From the IMG/VR virus record IMGVR_UViG_3300027985_000891, positions 60,899-124,898 of that record: a DNA stretch of 64,000 nucleotides; one strand, given 5' to 3'. Positions 62,886 through 64,000 of the stretch are shown here, in pieces. A program made the translations under genes and the position numbers. This DNA is from a virus. The notes beneath the pieces were generated by a model. That model saw nothing but the letters and a program-made list of their open reading frames with translations. It made no database searches and was not told the origin of the DNA. Position 1 is the stretch's first letter. Each line of letters starts with the position of its first letter.

Positions 62886-64000
62886 CAGTTGTAGCGGGTG
62901 GTTCGGCTCCTCATTGTAGACCGATGCGTAATTCAAGTGGCATCCCTTATGTCGTTGTCAATGTAAGTGGTAATATCCGAGTCTACAAAGGTAATTCCGC
63001 AACCCCTTCTTCTTTTTCTGAACAAGACGCTGGTAATGCTCCTGATGCTTCAACCTATTTGATACATAGTGCGGCTATTGACTCTACAGGAGTTATTCAT
63101 ATTCCATATGTAGATGTAAACGGGAAAAGTACTGCACTGAGATACGTTACCTTTTCTACCTCTACCGATACTTTCTCAGGAGATACTTCAGTCCATGATA
63201 TTGGTGACGCTTCCCCAGCCAGTAATTATTACGGGTGTCGTGTTGCTATTGATAGCCATGATATTCCACATGTAATATGGTCTGATGTCATCACTTCGAT
63301 GGGAACAGATATCCAAACCCCACACTATACTAATAGGAACGGCGGTTCGTGGAGTACCCCTTTTACAGTTTGGATTTCAGGAGATCATCAGGTAGAAGAT
63401 ATATGGTTCATTGACAGTACTGAGCTGGTTAATATGTCTACCGTACGAAATGCGGCTGGAGATGACAATCTATACCAGCATTGGTGCAATAATAACTACC
63501 CTACAGCGGTAAATTCTAGTGGTTCTCTAGACAATATAGAAGATGTAGACGCTACCTCGCATGCTAGTGTGGCTATGAAATCTGATGGCGATGTAGTCAT
63601 CGCATATAGAGGGGCCTCTGCTGATTCTTTTGCTATATTAGTACAAGAGCAATCCCCACCATCCGGACTTGCTAACTGGGGTTTTAATAACCCCTCTAGT
63701 AACGTCGGTAAACTGGCTAGCACTGTTTGCGTAGGTACGGATATTTATGTTTTCTACGTAGACGATAATGATGATCTGGTTTACAATTATTACAATGGTT
63801 CTTCTTGGGCAGGTGAGACATCGCTAGTAACAGGGACTATCACCCAACTTAATGCTAAGTGGGCCAGATTTGCAAATAGAGGTTCAGATGGTTCATTGTA
63901 TGAAAACTCTAATTCTGGTATACCCGAAATAGATTATACTTACTATGATGGTACAAATCTTGTTTGGGATACATTCGAACTGTCTTCTGGTGCTTTTACA
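62876..64000 (+). CDS. Partial beta-propeller/BNR-like protein (putative tail or receptor-binding), runs off the window
   Basis: ATG at 62876 (MAVTVVAGGSAPHC...); repeats AAIDSTGVIHI and VAIDSHDIPHV; absent from the ORF track, consistent with no stop before 64000. Confidence 0.65.
   Translation, partial: MAVTVVAGGSAPHCRPMRNSSGIPYVVVNVSGNIRVYKGNSATPSSFSEQDAGNAPDASTYLIHSAAIDSTGVIHIPYVDVNGKSTALRYVTFSTSTDTFSGDTSVHDIGDASPASNYYGCRVAIDSHDIPHVIWSDVITSMGTDIQTPHYTNRNGGSWSTPFTVWISGDHQVEDIWFIDSTELVNMSTVRNAAGDDNLYQHWCNNNYPTAVNSSGSLDNIEDVDATSHASVAMKSDGDVVIAYRGASADSFAILVQEQSPPSGLANWGFNNPSSNVGKLASTVCVGTDIYVFYVDDNDDLVYNYYNGSSWAGETSLVTGTITQLNAKWARFANRGSDGSLYENSNSGIPEIDYTYYDGTNLVWDTFELSSGAFT

Noticed and set aside
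1-64000. Apparent abundance of CCGG and GATC tetramers
   Set aside because: This is an impression only and cannot be quantified by eye; it needs a k-mer count against a Markov background.

Overview
This window is part of an AT-rich dsDNA phage genome of crAss-like (Crassvirales-type) organisation, probably infecting a Bacteroidota host, and it reads in the standard genetic code. Positions 1-15.9 kb (minus strand) hold the virion/packaging module: terminase, portal, scaffold-like protein, major capsid protein (MCP), ring/auxiliary proteins, a GroES-like protein and an HU/IHF-like protein. Positions 16-41 kb (mostly plus strand) are accessory: a long run of translationally coupled micro-ORFs, exported proteases, HTH regulators and two tRNA-like RNAs. 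Positions 42-62 kb carry replication genes (PolB, SF2 helicase, DnaB, Sak4-like ATPase, SSB-like, primase, UDG), a VWA-peptidase/AAA+ pair and many small proteins sharing one C-terminal motif. Putative structural genes start again at 61.9 kb. The top candidate system is a solo RAMP/Cas7-like gene (25871-26488) followed immediately by seven non-coding tracts of strict 5-nt periodicity (variable NN + conserved GGH/TGH), separated by a conserved AT-rich linker, with no other cas genes: a candidate non-CRISPR RNA-guided system. Other notable items are a circularly permuted tRNA-like (YrlA-like) RNA behind an uncharacterised gene, ORFs built from fragments of the phage's own MCP, and a strongly over-represented CCCAGGGAG motif. 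All family calls come from motif recognition by eye, not database searches.
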